From contig CAYJQX010000004.1 of assembly GCA_964372755.1 (NCBI GenBank), positions 10,766 through 74,765 of the forward strand: a stretch of 64,000 nucleotides of DNA, read 5' to 3'. Of the stretch, positions 25,969-35,651 are shown piece after piece. The DNA is from an uncultured Candidatus Saccharibacteria bacterium. Its GTDB lineage: Bacteria > Patescibacteriota > Minisyncoccia > UBA9983. The position numbers and the translations under genes are program-made. The notes below the pieces were generated by a model. It was given only the letters and a program-made list of their open reading frames with translations, ran no database searches and was not told the DNA's origin. How positions within the stretch are numbered: the first letter of the stretch is position 1; every line of letters begins with the position of its first letter.

Positions 25969-26667
25969 ATGAAAAACATCATCTATTTTGTCATTTTCTT
26001 GGTTGTTATTTTCGGGGCCTATTTTCTTGTAAAAAGAAACAAGGAATCAGAAAAGATTCTGGAAAACATTAACACTGCGCAAAATATTGTTTTGCGTGAA
26101 AATCTTTCGCTGGGTTCTTACAACGTTTCTACCACAGAAAGCGTGATCAACTGGTCCGGTAAAAGACCATTGATTGAAGGCTATTTGGATAGCGGGATTG
26201 TTAATTTAAAAAACGGCCAAGCAATTGTTGCTGAAGATAATATTAGCGGAAATTTCGTCATAGATTTAAACACCATTAAAGTCATAAATACTTCGAAAGT
26301 TCCTGGAGGAGAAGGCAATTTAGAGAAACATTTAAAATCGGCCGATTTTTTTGATGTCGCCAAATTTCCGGAAGCGAAATTTGAAATAATGGGCAGTAAG
26401 GCCTATGAGGATGTGGCAAATTTCTTTATGTACGATATTACCGGCAAGTTAACAATAAAGGATACGACGAATGAAATTGTATTTCCAGCCAAAATATACG
26501 AAAGAGAAGATGGAAAGGTGATGGTGGAAGCGGACATCAAAATAGACAGAACCAAATGGGGGGTTAAATATGGTTCCGGCAGTTTCTTTAAAAACTTGGC
26601 GGATAAGGTGATAGACGATGAAGTCTCCTTAGGGGTGCGCTTGGTGGCGGAGAAAGCGGAAAATTAG
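25969..26667 (+). CDS. YceI-like periplasmic/anchored protein
   Basis: An N-terminal TM/signal is followed by the YceI-type motif KHLKSADFFDVAKFPEAKFE. Confidence 0.65.
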   Translation: MKNIIYFVIFLVVIFGAYFLVKRNKESEKILENINTAQNIVLRENLSLGSYNVSTTESVINWSGKRPLIEGYLDSGIVNLKNGQAIVAEDNISGNFVIDLNTIKVINTSKVPGGEGNLEKHLKSADFFDVAKFPEAKFEIMGSKAYEDVANFFMYDITGKLTIKDTTNEIVFPAKIYEREDGKVMVEADIKIDRTKWGVKYGSGSFFKNLADKVIDDEVSLGVRLVAEKAEN

Positions 26668-26689
26668 TCAAAAAGTAAGGGCAAAAAGA

Positions 26690-26730
26690 AAAAAAGCGAA
26701 GACAAGAGTTGTCTTCGCTTTTTTGTTTTT
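26690..26730. terminator. Bidirectional Rho-independent terminator between convergent genes
   Basis: An A-run precedes the stem gcgaagaca/tgtcttcgc (loop agagt), and ttttttgttttt follows. Confidence 0.6.
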
Positions 26731-27284
26731 TACCTTGAAGAGAGAGAGAGCCAGTCAAAAAACTCTTTTTTGCGGACAAAATATGTCCGCTTTTTTCCGT
26801 TGCCCCAGTCCACATGGGCAAAGCATCCCATTTTAAAATGGATTGGGAGAATTTCTCTCATTCCTTGCTTGCCTTCCAAAGCGAGCTTAATGCTCTCATG
26901 GGCTTTGAGACCCGACCCTCTTGCCGCTCCGCAAGGGGCGTGCACGTGGTAGGCCAAAGTGTCAATTCCCTTGATTTCGCAACCGGCAATTATATGCCGG
27001 ATCATTACCTCCTTATCGGGATATTTTAAGTTCGGAAGGTAATTTTTCGATAAAATCATGGCTCCGCCATTTAAGGCGATTGTATGCACCACCGCGCCAG
27101 AGCCGTTTCTTGAGCATATCGACTCCTGATGCCGGAATATATCAGCCATATGATGGCCATCGGCGCAGGTGACGAGTAAGACTTTCAAAGGATCTTGTAG
27201 ACGATGGGGATCTATATCGTCCAAGATCCTTTTCTCTCTGAGCTCCGAGAGAATTTCTCTTTCCTCCGGATCTAAAATTAGCAT
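26730..27284 (-). CDS. Hypothetical Cys/His-rich protein (184 aa)
   Basis: A clean ORF between divergent and convergent neighbours. No recognised family. Confidence 0.45.
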   Translation of the reverse strand: MLILDPEEREILSELREKRILDDIDPHRLQDPLKVLLVTCADGHHMADIFRHQESICSRNGSGAVVHTIALNGGAMILSKNYLPNLKYPDKEVMIRHIIAGCEIKGIDTLAYHVHAPCGAARGSGLKAHESIKLALEGKQGMREILPIHFKMGCFAHVDWGNGKKRTYFVRKKEFFDWLSLSSR

Positions 27285-27379
27285 GTTTTAATTCTCCTTT
27301 GGGTAGAAGGTTTTAAAATAAAAAAAACGCCAACGAACTAGCTGATAATGATTATACCAAAATTTAAGCCCTGGTCAAT

Positions 27380-28732
27380 TTGAGTTGGAGAGTTATTTCT
27401 TGTAAGGGAAACAAAGTGTATAATAATATCATGCTTGATGTAATAATTTTTAAGGATAAAAATGATAAGAAGGAGACAGAGGAATTAGGCCGGATCGCCA
27501 GTGTTTTCAGTGAAAAGATTAAGAACACAAAAAATTCTTTGCCGGATAACTTCGTTAATATTATTGACGATAAAGAAACCCTAGAGAAAATTAAGAGTCT
27601 GCAGAAAGAAAAGATTTCAGAAAAACTTAAATACATTTTTGTTTGCGGAATGGGAGGTTCCATAACTGGAGCTAAAGCGGTTTATGACGGCCTTCGAGGA
27701 TGTCTTAACGATATAAATACAGACAAATTCCCGAAAATTATTTTTATAGATTTTCTGGAACAAAAATTTTTCTCTGATTTAGAAAAACTTGTTGAGAACT
27801 CTTTGCAAAGCGCGGAAGAATTCCTTCTTGTCCTTGTAAGCAAGTCGGGCTCCACGATTGAAGTTCTTACTCAGGCGGAAATAATCTCTGGATATTTGAA
27901 AAGCGTGAGTGAAGATTATCCAGACAGGATCGTGATTATTACCGGAGAGGCTTCTCCTCTAGATAAGTTCTCGCAAGAGAATAATATTTCTAAGCTGTTA
28001 ATTCCTGATACAGTAGGCGGAAGATATTCGGTTTTCTCGAGCGCTGGCCTTTTCCCTCTAGCTTGCGCCAAAATTGACATAGAAAATTTTTTAGAAGGGG
28101 CTCGTGAGGCGAGAGACAACGCCTTGTCGGAAAACCCAAGGAATAACCAAGCTTTAAAGTTGGCAAATTTTGCTTATGAGGCGGTTCAGACGGGGAAAAA
28201 TATCCACGATATTTTCTTTTTCAGCCCCAGAATGGAATCTTTAGGGAAATGGGCGCGGGCGCTTTATTCAGAAAGTTTGGGCAAACGGGAGAATCAAAAC
28301 GGAGAAGAAATCAGAAACGGCTTTACCACATGTATTTCAATCGCTCCCCCCGACCTGCATTCCGTTTTACAACTTAATCTTGCTGGTCCCTTGGATAAAT
28401 TCACTACGTTTGTCACGATCAAAAGGATCTCAGAAAAAAAGATAATTAATAATCTAGGTCTTTTTGAAAGAAGTTCTTCGTTTTATAGTACCGATACAAG
28501 GGAGATCTTGTCTGCCATAGAAACAAGCATTATAGAAAATTATAAAAAGGAAGCGTTGACTATGGCTTTGGTGAAAATGGAAGAAATTTCCGAAAAATCA
28601 TTAGGCGCTTTTATGATGACAAAAATGATTGAAGTTGTTTATTTGGCTGAAGTGATGAATATTAACGCTTTCAATCAGCCCGAAGTGGAGTATTATAAAG
28701 AAGAAACAAAAAGGATTCTTGGCCTTGCTTAA
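27380..28732 (+). CDS. pgi: Glucose-6-phosphate isomerase (SIS-domain PGI)
   Basis: FVCGMGGSITGAK and LVLVSKSGSTIEVL are SIS motifs. The C-terminal region is PGI-like. The track start is TTG. ATG 27431 (MLDVIIF) lies 7 nt after a TATAAT (27419-27424), suggesting a leaderless mRNA and a true start at 27431. Confidence 0.8.
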   Translation: MSWRVISCKGNKVYNNIMLDVIIFKDKNDKKETEELGRIASVFSEKIKNTKNSLPDNFVNIIDDKETLEKIKSLQKEKISEKLKYIFVCGMGGSITGAKAVYDGLRGCLNDINTDKFPKIIFIDFLEQKFFSDLEKLVENSLQSAEEFLLVLVSKSGSTIEVLTQAEIISGYLKSVSEDYPDRIVIITGEASPLDKFSQENNISKLLIPDTVGGRYSVFSSAGLFPLACAKIDIENFLEGAREARDNALSENPRNNQALKLANFAYEAVQTGKNIHDIFFFSPRMESLGKWARALYSESLGKRENQNGEEIRNGFTTCISIAPPDLHSVLQLNLAGPLDKFTTFVTIKRISEKKIINNLGLFERSSSFYSTDTREILSAIETSIIENYKKEALTMALVKMEEISEKSLGAFMMTKMIEVVYLAEVMNINAFNQPEVEYYKEETKRILGLA

Positions 28733-28759
28733 TTTTATTAATTTTTTTGACAAATATAT

Positions 28760-29140
28760 ATGAAAAACACAAACACAGAACATGCAGGCCGTTTGCGAAA
28801 AGGAGAAAAGCTGGCGATCATGGTTACAAAGAAGATCGGCACCATGGGCTTTTTTCTTGTTCTTGTAATCTGGACTTTTTTATGGATAATTTGGAATTCT
28901 TTCGGTCCCGAAAATTACAACTTTGATCCTTACCCCGCTTTTGTCCTCTGGCTTTTTATTTCCAACATGCTCCAGTTATTTTTTCTTCCTCTTATCATGG
29001 TTGGACAAAACTTACTTGGCCGGCACGCTGAAATTAGAGCCGAAGCTGATTTTGAAATAAATAAAGAGGCGGAGGAAAAAATAGAAGAGGCCTTGAGAAT
29101 ATTGAGAAGACTGGAGAAAAATATCAAAGATACTCTTTAA
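28760..29140 (+). CDS. DUF1003-like small membrane protein
   Basis: Two TM helices are followed by an amphipathic charged tail. Confidence 0.5.
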   Translation: MKNTNTEHAGRLRKGEKLAIMVTKKIGTMGFFLVLVIWTFLWIIWNSFGPENYNFDPYPAFVLWLFISNMLQLFFLPLIMVGQNLLGRHAEIRAEADFEINKEAEEKIEEALRILRRLEKNIKDTL

Positions 29141-30003
29141 ATTCCATTTAGAGATGGGAATATTTTTTTGAAGTCTTGCCAAGACATTTCTTTTCCTCCT
29201 TCTGGCTTTACTTTTTCTATTTCTAAAATATCCTTGTTTATTTTAGCCTTTGTGATGATGACGCGAAAAGGCTTGTTGTTTTTTATGACAAAAAAATAAA
29301 CATTGGGCCACCTTCTGAAGGCCCTAATTTTTCTGTCAATCGATTGAGGGGTATTTTTTTTGAGATTTATCTCTCCGTCCTGTTTTTTTATTAATTTAGT
29401 GTATGAGGCTTCCTGGTGGTTTTGAGGGATCGGAGTTATTTGTCCAAGGATGTATTTTGGAGCAATTTCCATGAATTCTTCTGCTCCCAGAAAGGCCAGC
29501 GTTTTTTCCATTTCTTCATAATCCATATTTTCTCGGATTAGAAAATATTTCTGAGAAATAATGGGCCCATGATCCACTTTCTCATCCATTAACATGATAG
29601 TTATTCCTGTTTCCTTATCTCCATTTAAAATGGCTGATTGAATAGGGGAGGGACCGCGATATTTAGGCAGAAGAGAAGGGTGAATGTTTAAAACTCCATA
29701 TTTGGGTATATCAAGTATTTTTCGAGGCAATATTTTCCCATAGGAGGCTACTAGAAAAATCTCATTTTCTTTTGCTATGGCTTCTGCTTCTGAAATATTC
29801 GTAAAGACAGGGATATTTTTTTCTAAAGCCCATTTTTTTACGGGGGTTGGAGAAAGGCGAAGATGCCGTCCACGAGGTTTGTCTTCTGTGGTTATAATCA
29901 GAAAAGGTTTAATATTTTCTTCAGCCAACCTTTGCAAGACAAAAACAGAAAATTCAGATGAACCAAAAAAGGCAAATTTCGGAAAAATATTATTTGTTTC
30001 CAT
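29137..30003 (-). CDS. fmt: Methionyl-tRNA formyltransferase
   Basis: NIHPSLLPKYRGPSPIQSAILNGDKETGITIM is the formyltransferase core. The def-fmt operon order is conserved. Confidence 0.9.
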   Translation of the reverse strand: METNNIFPKFAFFGSSEFSVFVLQRLAEENIKPFLIITTEDKPRGRHLRLSPTPVKKWALEKNIPVFTNISEAEAIAKENEIFLVASYGKILPRKILDIPKYGVLNIHPSLLPKYRGPSPIQSAILNGDKETGITIMLMDEKVDHGPIISQKYFLIRENMDYEEMEKTLAFLGAEEFMEIAPKYILGQITPIPQNHQEASYTKLIKKQDGEINLKKNTPQSIDRKIRAFRRWPNVYFFVIKNNKPFRVIITKAKINKDILEIEKVKPEGGKEMSWQDFKKIFPSLNGI

Positions 30004-30535
30004 TCTCTTCTTTCTCTATGCGTATGGTATTTACGGCTTTATCAATAAAGAGAATTCCATTCAGGTGATCTATTTCATGCTGAATAATTTGGGCTAAAAG
30101 CCCGGAAGTGCTTCGGCGAAATTTTTTACCTTTTTCATCAAACGCTTCTACCAAGACTTTCTCGCTTCTCTCCACTGTGCCGTAAATGTTTTCTACGCTC
30201 AAACAACCTTCACTCAATGGATATTTTTTCTTTGATTGCTTTATGATGCTGGGATTTATAAAAACAATATAAGGCCCCTTGTTTCTCTTGGGATCCGTGG
30301 ATTCTTTATTTGGAGGCAGTTGGGCTTGATCGGCTATGAAAATTTGGAGTGAATGACCGATTTGAGGGGCCGCCAAGGCCACGCCATTTGAAGTAACAGA
30401 TAAGGAATTTTTCATCTCTTCAATAATCTTTTTTATTTTTACCGAAGTTATTTCTTCAAGAGACACTTCTTTCGCTTTTTTTCTGAGAACAGAATGACCT
30501 TCCTGAACGATATTTTTTATAGATTCTTTTTTCAT
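29990..30535 (-). CDS. def: Peptide deformylase
   Basis: GVALAAPQIG, EGCLSV and HEIDHLNG are the three PDF motifs. Confidence 0.92.
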   Translation of the reverse strand: MKKESIKNIVQEGHSVLRKKAKEVSLEEITSVKIKKIIEEMKNSLSVTSNGVALAAPQIGHSLQIFIADQAQLPPNKESTDPKRNKGPYIVFINPSIIKQSKKKYPLSEGCLSVENIYGTVERSEKVLVEAFDEKGKKFRRSTSGLLAQIIQHEIDHLNGILFIDKAVNTIRIEKEENGNK

Positions 30536-30564
30536 TTTAGGATTTTTGCCGAATTTATTATGAT

Positions 30565-32460
30565 TTATAGCAAACTTTCTGGATCGATATCAACTTTCCA
30601 ATAATTCGGTAAATTACGAATTTTTTCAAAAAGAGCCATTTCCTTGTTTGGCCATTTCCGCGGAGGTAATTTTAAGAGAATATGGGAAGTGTAAAGACCT
30701 TTTATTTTTGGCATGAAGGCGGTATAAGGCATTGGCTCCCAGGCGGAGAGATCTTTCGCGGTGTTTTCTATTTCTTCTTTTAGTTTATTTTTATCGGAGG
30801 AAGCGCATGAAAGTTTGATGAGTTGCTTGAAAGGAGGATAATCCAAAACCTTTCTTTCTGCTATTTCTTCTTGATAAAAACCGGAAATATTTCCACGAAG
30901 CGCATAATCGAAGACAGGATTTTCTCTCAGGCGGGTCTGGATAAAAAACGTTTTCTTGGCCAAGAGTCTTAAGCGCGTCAGAAGTTGAAAAATTTTTTCA
31001 TTCATATTGAAATCAGGAAAAGCAAACAAGGTGTCTATAGAAGCCACCACCACTCTTTCGACAGGTTCTTTGATAAAACTAAAAATCATCTCTGTTCCTA
31101 TTAGGATACTGCCGGGATTTTTTAAGAAATTTTGGGCGGTGGTCTCTCCTTGTTTTTGAGTTTTTATCGCGTCGCTGTCTATTTTAAAGATAGAGATGGT
31201 TGGGAAAAATTGCAGTAGGGAATCTTTGACCGTGTCTATACCAATACCATAAGATTGCATATTCCAACTCCCGCAGTAGGGGCAGTTTTGGGGAATATTT
31301 TTCTCTTCAAGACATTTATGGCAAAGCAAGTCGCTTTGTCCTTTTTCATTTTTATGTGTTACCAAAGGCGCGCTACATTTTTCACAAATTAGTGTTTTGT
31401 AACAATCATGGCAAACAATGGCAGTGGAAAGACCTCGACGATTAACAAAAATAACGATGTTTTCATTTTGAGATCTTGCTTCGTTGATTAACTCTTGAAG
31501 CTCTCCGCTGATAATGGAGAAAGGTTTTTTTTCTCCGTTTTTTTGTTTTTTCATGTCCACTATTTCTTGGTCTGCCTCGGACAACAGCCGAGAAGGTGAG
31601 AGTATGGCAGGGAGCATTTCGCCGGTTTCTTCGCGATAAAAAGTTTCTACACGAACGGCGATATCGCCAAAAATTAATTTTATATCTAAATTTTTGGCGA
31701 TAAACTCGGAAGCTCGGCGAGCGTCGATATAAGGTCTTGTCTGGCCGATATAAGAGTTTGAGCTTTCTCCTTCCACTATTAAGGTGGAATAATTTACTGG
31801 TATGGATAGAAATGTTTTTGTGCCAAGAATAAGGACAGGATGTTTTTGCGAGGTTGCTTTTTTCCAGTTTTCTCTAATGTTTTTGGCAGTGATTTGAGAG
31901 TGGAGGATGTGGGTATATTCTTCAATGCCTTTTTCCAGATACAGGGAAAATTCTTTAAGAGAACTGACGGTTGGGAATAAAACAAAGACAGAATTTCCGC
32001 GGGCAAATTCTTCTCTTATGATTGCTCTGTAGCTTTGTATTCTTTCTGTTGTTCTGGCCTGAATAAGGCTGATGGAGAAATGGATCTGTGTTTTTTCTGT
32101 TTTCTTTTTTCTCTCGAAGGCTTGTTTTCCTGAAAGAATTGCTTCCGGCAAAAAATCTCTAATTACTTGGCCTAGTGGCGAAGCATAATATTTTGATAAT
32201 TCCTTCATTCCTTCGATAAAAAGAGGAGAGAGGAGATCGTTGGAAACAACAGATTTTATTGAACGCAGTTTGAAATCGGCTGATTTGACATTGATTTTTT
32301 CTGTTTCAGCGTCTCTGACGGAAGTAACTAAGGCTGGAATTATTCTTGAACGGCTAGGCACATTTACAAGTGTTCCTTCAGATACGGGTTTGCTGGTAAA
32401 ATACGAAAAAACTTCCTCTTTAAATCCTTTCGTTATTGGAACAACGTCTATTATTTTCAT
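30565..32460 (-). CDS. priA: Primosomal protein N' (PriA) homologue with degenerate helicase ATPase motifs
   Basis: A Cys-rich region is present (CHDCYKTLICEKCSAPL...CHKC...CPYCGS). The N-terminal domain is 3'BD-like and the C-terminal domain is PriA-like. The priA-def-fmt order is conserved. No GxGKT Walker A is found, and DEEH is replaced by VEGES. Confidence 0.75.
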   Translation of the reverse strand: MKIIDVVPITKGFKEEVFSYFTSKPVSEGTLVNVPSRSRIIPALVTSVRDAETEKINVKSADFKLRSIKSVVSNDLLSPLFIEGMKELSKYYASPLGQVIRDFLPEAILSGKQAFERKKKTEKTQIHFSISLIQARTTERIQSYRAIIREEFARGNSVFVLFPTVSSLKEFSLYLEKGIEEYTHILHSQITAKNIRENWKKATSQKHPVLILGTKTFLSIPVNYSTLIVEGESSNSYIGQTRPYIDARRASEFIAKNLDIKLIFGDIAVRVETFYREETGEMLPAILSPSRLLSEADQEIVDMKKQKNGEKKPFSIISGELQELINEARSQNENIVIFVNRRGLSTAIVCHDCYKTLICEKCSAPLVTHKNEKGQSDLLCHKCLEEKNIPQNCPYCGSWNMQSYGIGIDTVKDSLLQFFPTISIFKIDSDAIKTQKQGETTAQNFLKNPGSILIGTEMIFSFIKEPVERVVVASIDTLFAFPDFNMNEKIFQLLTRLRLLAKKTFFIQTRLRENPVFDYALRGNISGFYQEEIAERKVLDYPPFKQLIKLSCASSDKNKLKEEIENTAKDLSAWEPMPYTAFMPKIKGLYTSHILLKLPPRKWPNKEMALFEKIRNLPNYWKVDIDPESLL

Positions 32461-32462
32461 TT

Positions 32463-33308
32463 TTATTCAATAAAAAGACGATGAAGAACTCCTTCATCTA
32501 AGACGTAAATAAAACTTTCCCCGGGAGTGACAAGAAAAGACGGTTTTATGCCCTTGTAAACCGGCTGGATATTTCTCCCGCCACGATTATCAATTTCCAT
32601 AGCGTAAATATCACTACTGAAAGAGACAATCACAACATCTCGGCGACCGGGGAAGAAAGAAAAATCTCTGATCATCCCCCCTTTTGCGATAACAGTCGAG
32701 GTAGCATTACAGCTCTTGTCGCTACAAAAATAATAAGGCATGTCTTTTTCGTCTCCCAACCATTCGGCTTTGAGAATTTGGCGCTTAATATCAAGAGTTA
32801 ATTTTTGCTTATTGCCACTGGCGAAGTGCACAACAGTGCTTGTGGCCAATTTTGCTTGGGCGGTAAAAAGTTTAACGACATTTTTATATTCTTCTGATTT
32901 TTTCTCCACCAAAATCGTCTCTGGTTTTTCTGGAAGCATCATCGCGCGGGCTTCGGTGACTAAACCTTCTTCAACAAACAAGTTCTTTATCCAAGGATGA
33001 CGCCCTTCTTTTTTTGTGGCAACGGTGTATTTTTGGGGCTTGAGATTTTGGATAAGGAATCCGCTTTGTAAGATGTTTGTTTTTCTGACCGGATTGCCAT
33101 CCAATTCTATAAAAGCCCCCGTAACGGGAGCCCATACGTAAAACCCTCCTGTTTTAACTATTTGATAATCAGAAGACAGGCGATAGCCCATTGTGTAATA
33201 AGCCAAAATGGGCAGGATAGCCAAAAAAACCAAGGTACATAAAATTAAAAAAAATCTTCTTTTTCTAACGGAAAGGGGAGTCATTTCTCTTTCTCTATAT
33301 GTTTGCAA
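32463..33308 (-). CDS. Hypothetical membrane-anchored protein (281 aa)
   Basis: An N-terminal TM helix after a basic stretch. No family recognised. Confidence 0.45.
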   Translation of the reverse strand: MQTYREREMTPLSVRKRRFFLILCTLVFLAILPILAYYTMGYRLSSDYQIVKTGGFYVWAPVTGAFIELDGNPVRKTNILQSGFLIQNLKPQKYTVATKKEGRHPWIKNLFVEEGLVTEARAMMLPEKPETILVEKKSEEYKNVVKLFTAQAKLATSTVVHFASGNKQKLTLDIKRQILKAEWLGDEKDMPYYFCSDKSCNATSTVIAKGGMIRDFSFFPGRRDVVIVSFSSDIYAMEIDNRGGRNIQPVYKGIKPSFLVTPGESFIYVLDEGVLHRLFIE

Positions 33309-33341
33309 AAAAAGGGTTAAAAGTCTAGAGTAGGAGAGACG

Positions 33342-34355
33342 ATGAATTTTTTCTCAAAAAAACTCGGTATCGACCTTGGTACTGCCAATACCCTTGTTTT
33401 TATTCCCGGACGCGGAGTTATTTTAAACGAGCCTTCCGTGGTGGCTGTTTCCGAACAAGAGAATAAGGTTTTGGCTGTCGGAGTGGAAGCTAAGGAGATG
33501 GTAGGAAAAACCCCTGATGCTATCGTGGCTTATCGTCCGATGAAAGATGGGGTAATTGCTGATTATCGCGTGACGGAAGCAATGCTTCGTTATTTTATCG
33601 GTAAAGCCATGGGCGGATGGACTTTTTTTAAGCCCGAAGTTTTAATTTCTGTGCCTGCTGGAGTTACTTCCACCGAAAGACGATCGGTGGTTGAGGCGGC
33701 GGTAAAAGCTGGCGCCAAATCTGCTTATGTGGTTAAAGAGCCAATTTTAGCGGCTATCGGCGCTGGTATCCCAATTCACGAACCTTCTGGACACATGATA
33801 GTAGATATTGGCGGAGGAACATCGGATGTGGCGGTCATTTCTTTGGGAGGGATTGTGTCGGCAATTTCTGTTAAAGTGGCTGGTAATAAACTTGATGCGG
33901 CTATCGGTGATTATATAAAGAAAAATTTTAACTTAGCTATCGGAGAGAGGACAGCTGAGGATATAAAAATAGAAATTGGATCGGCTGTGCCGGTTGAGGA
34001 AGAACTTACCTACAGAATAAAAGGCAGAGATTTTATGACCGGCTTGCCAAGAGGAGCAGAAGTAACCACTAATGAAATAGTAAAAGCGGTGGAGCCCGAA
34101 CTGAAAGAAATCATGAGAGCCATAAAAACTGTCTTGCAAGATACTCCTCCGGAACTCGCTTCGGATATTATTGACAACGGCATTGTCATGACCGGCGGAT
34201 CTTCCCTGTTGCGTAATTTTGACGAGCTCGTTTATCGTTCCACAGGCGTTAAAGCCAGAGTGGCTGATGATGCTCTTCTTTGCGTGGCTAAAGGCACAGG
34301 TATTGCCTTAGAACACTTAGATGTCTATAAAAAGAGTATTATTGCCAAAAGGTAA
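33342..34355 (+). CDS. mreB: Rod shape-determining protein MreB (first copy)
   Basis: GIDLGTANTLVFIPGRGVILNEPSVVAV is the actin-like phosphate-1 motif, and DIGGGTSDVAVISLGG is phosphate-2. Confidence 0.92.
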   Translation: MNFFSKKLGIDLGTANTLVFIPGRGVILNEPSVVAVSEQENKVLAVGVEAKEMVGKTPDAIVAYRPMKDGVIADYRVTEAMLRYFIGKAMGGWTFFKPEVLISVPAGVTSTERRSVVEAAVKAGAKSAYVVKEPILAAIGAGIPIHEPSGHMIVDIGGGTSDVAVISLGGIVSAISVKVAGNKLDAAIGDYIKKNFNLAIGERTAEDIKIEIGSAVPVEEELTYRIKGRDFMTGLPRGAEVTTNEIVKAVEPELKEIMRAIKTVLQDTPPELASDIIDNGIVMTGGSSLLRNFDELVYRSTGVKARVADDALLCVAKGTGIALEHLDVYKKSIIAKR

Positions 34356-34381
34356 AAACAAAATTTTGTTATAACTAAAAG

Positions 34382-35074
34382 ATGGTTTCTCTTGCAGAAT
34401 TATCCATAAAAAACAATCGTTTCCACCACGGGTATTTTCTTCTGGGCGACAAGAAAGATGGTTTTGCTTATGGCAAGAACTCGGCGAAGACAATTCTCGA
34501 TGTTTTGAATGTGGAAAGTCATCCTGATTGTGCCATTTTGGAACATGACACTTTTGGCGTAGGAGAAAGCCACGAGTTAGCGAGAAAAATATTTCAACGG
34601 CCTGTTCAAGGCGATAAAAAGGTTTTTATTATTCTTGCCGGAAGTCTTACCCGTGAAGCAGCAAACGCGCTTCTTAAAATTTTTGAAGAACCGCCACTGG
34701 GCACCTATATTTTTTTTTCACTGCCTAATCAAGTCGGCATACCCAAAACCCTTCGTTCAAGATTCGTAGTTCGTTATGTAACGAAAAATGAATCAAAGGC
34801 GATAATGAGTGATGACGGTTTAGAATTTCTTAGAGCGTCTCTGTCAGACCGATTAAAAAAAATTAAGAACACAGGTAAAGATCGTTTAGCCAATCAAGCT
34901 TTGTTTTTTTCTTTAATAAATGCTTTCTTTTCTTGTCGGATGTATAAAAAAGTTACAGAACCCCTGGTTATTTTATCTATAAAAGATGGCTTGAATTACA
35001 TAAATGACAAAGGTTCTATGCCATCTATGTTTTTAGAAAACCTTGCGCTGATTCTCCCTCGCCATGTAGAATAG
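34382..35074 (+). CDS. holB: DNA polymerase III clamp-loader subunit delta'/delta-like (no P-loop)
   Basis: KVFIILAGSLTREAANALLKIFEEPP corresponds to the delta' consensus xADxMNxxAxNALLKTLEEPP. RSRF corresponds to the SRC-like box. Confidence 0.5.
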   Translation: MVSLAELSIKNNRFHHGYFLLGDKKDGFAYGKNSAKTILDVLNVESHPDCAILEHDTFGVGESHELARKIFQRPVQGDKKVFIILAGSLTREAANALLKIFEEPPLGTYIFFSLPNQVGIPKTLRSRFVVRYVTKNESKAIMSDDGLEFLRASLSDRLKKIKNTGKDRLANQALFFSLINAFFSCRMYKKVTEPLVILSIKDGLNYINDKGSMPSMFLENLALILPRHVE

Positions 35075-35087
35075 AAGCAAGGAGTTA

Positions 35088-35639
35088 ATGAAATACGATT
35101 TTTCGGTTTTACAAAATAAAGGCAAAGAAACAATTTCTTGGCTCAAAAACGAGCTGGTTTCTTTGCGCTCGGGTCGAGCAACCCCGGTCTTGCTTGATTC
35201 TATTATGGTAGAATCTTATGGCGCACGGATGCCTCTAAAACACATATCGGCCATCAGCGTTGAAGACGCAAAAACTTTACGCATTACGCCGTGGGATACG
35301 GGAAACTTAAAATCTATAGAGTCGGCCATTTTTGCTTCTCCCTTGGGGATTTCACCGGTGACGGATAAAAATAGTATCCGTTTGTCTGTTCCCGAGCTGA
35401 CGGATGAAAGAAAAAAAATTCTTTTAAAACTTATCTCTGAAAAATTGGAAGACGCCAGAATTACTATGAGAAAAGAACGGGACGAAGTATGGAAAGATAT
35501 CCAGGAAAAAGAAAGAGAGGGAAAAATCCCGGAAGATGATAAATTTCGTTTTAAAGAAGAGATGGAAAAAATAATTAGTGATTTTAATGCTGAAATGGAA
35601 TCTCTCGCGGAGAGAAAGAAAGAAGAAATCACCTCATAA
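35088..35639 (+). CDS. frr: Ribosome recycling factor
   Basis: Typical Frr length and pattern (LRSGRATPVLLDSIMVESYG...RKERDEVWKD). Confidence 0.92.
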   Translation: MKYDFSVLQNKGKETISWLKNELVSLRSGRATPVLLDSIMVESYGARMPLKHISAISVEDAKTLRITPWDTGNLKSIESAIFASPLGISPVTDKNSIRLSVPELTDERKKILLKLISEKLEDARITMRKERDEVWKDIQEKEREGKIPEDDKFRFKEEMEKIISDFNAEMESLAERKKEEITS

Positions 35640-35651
35640 CTCTTTCTATTT

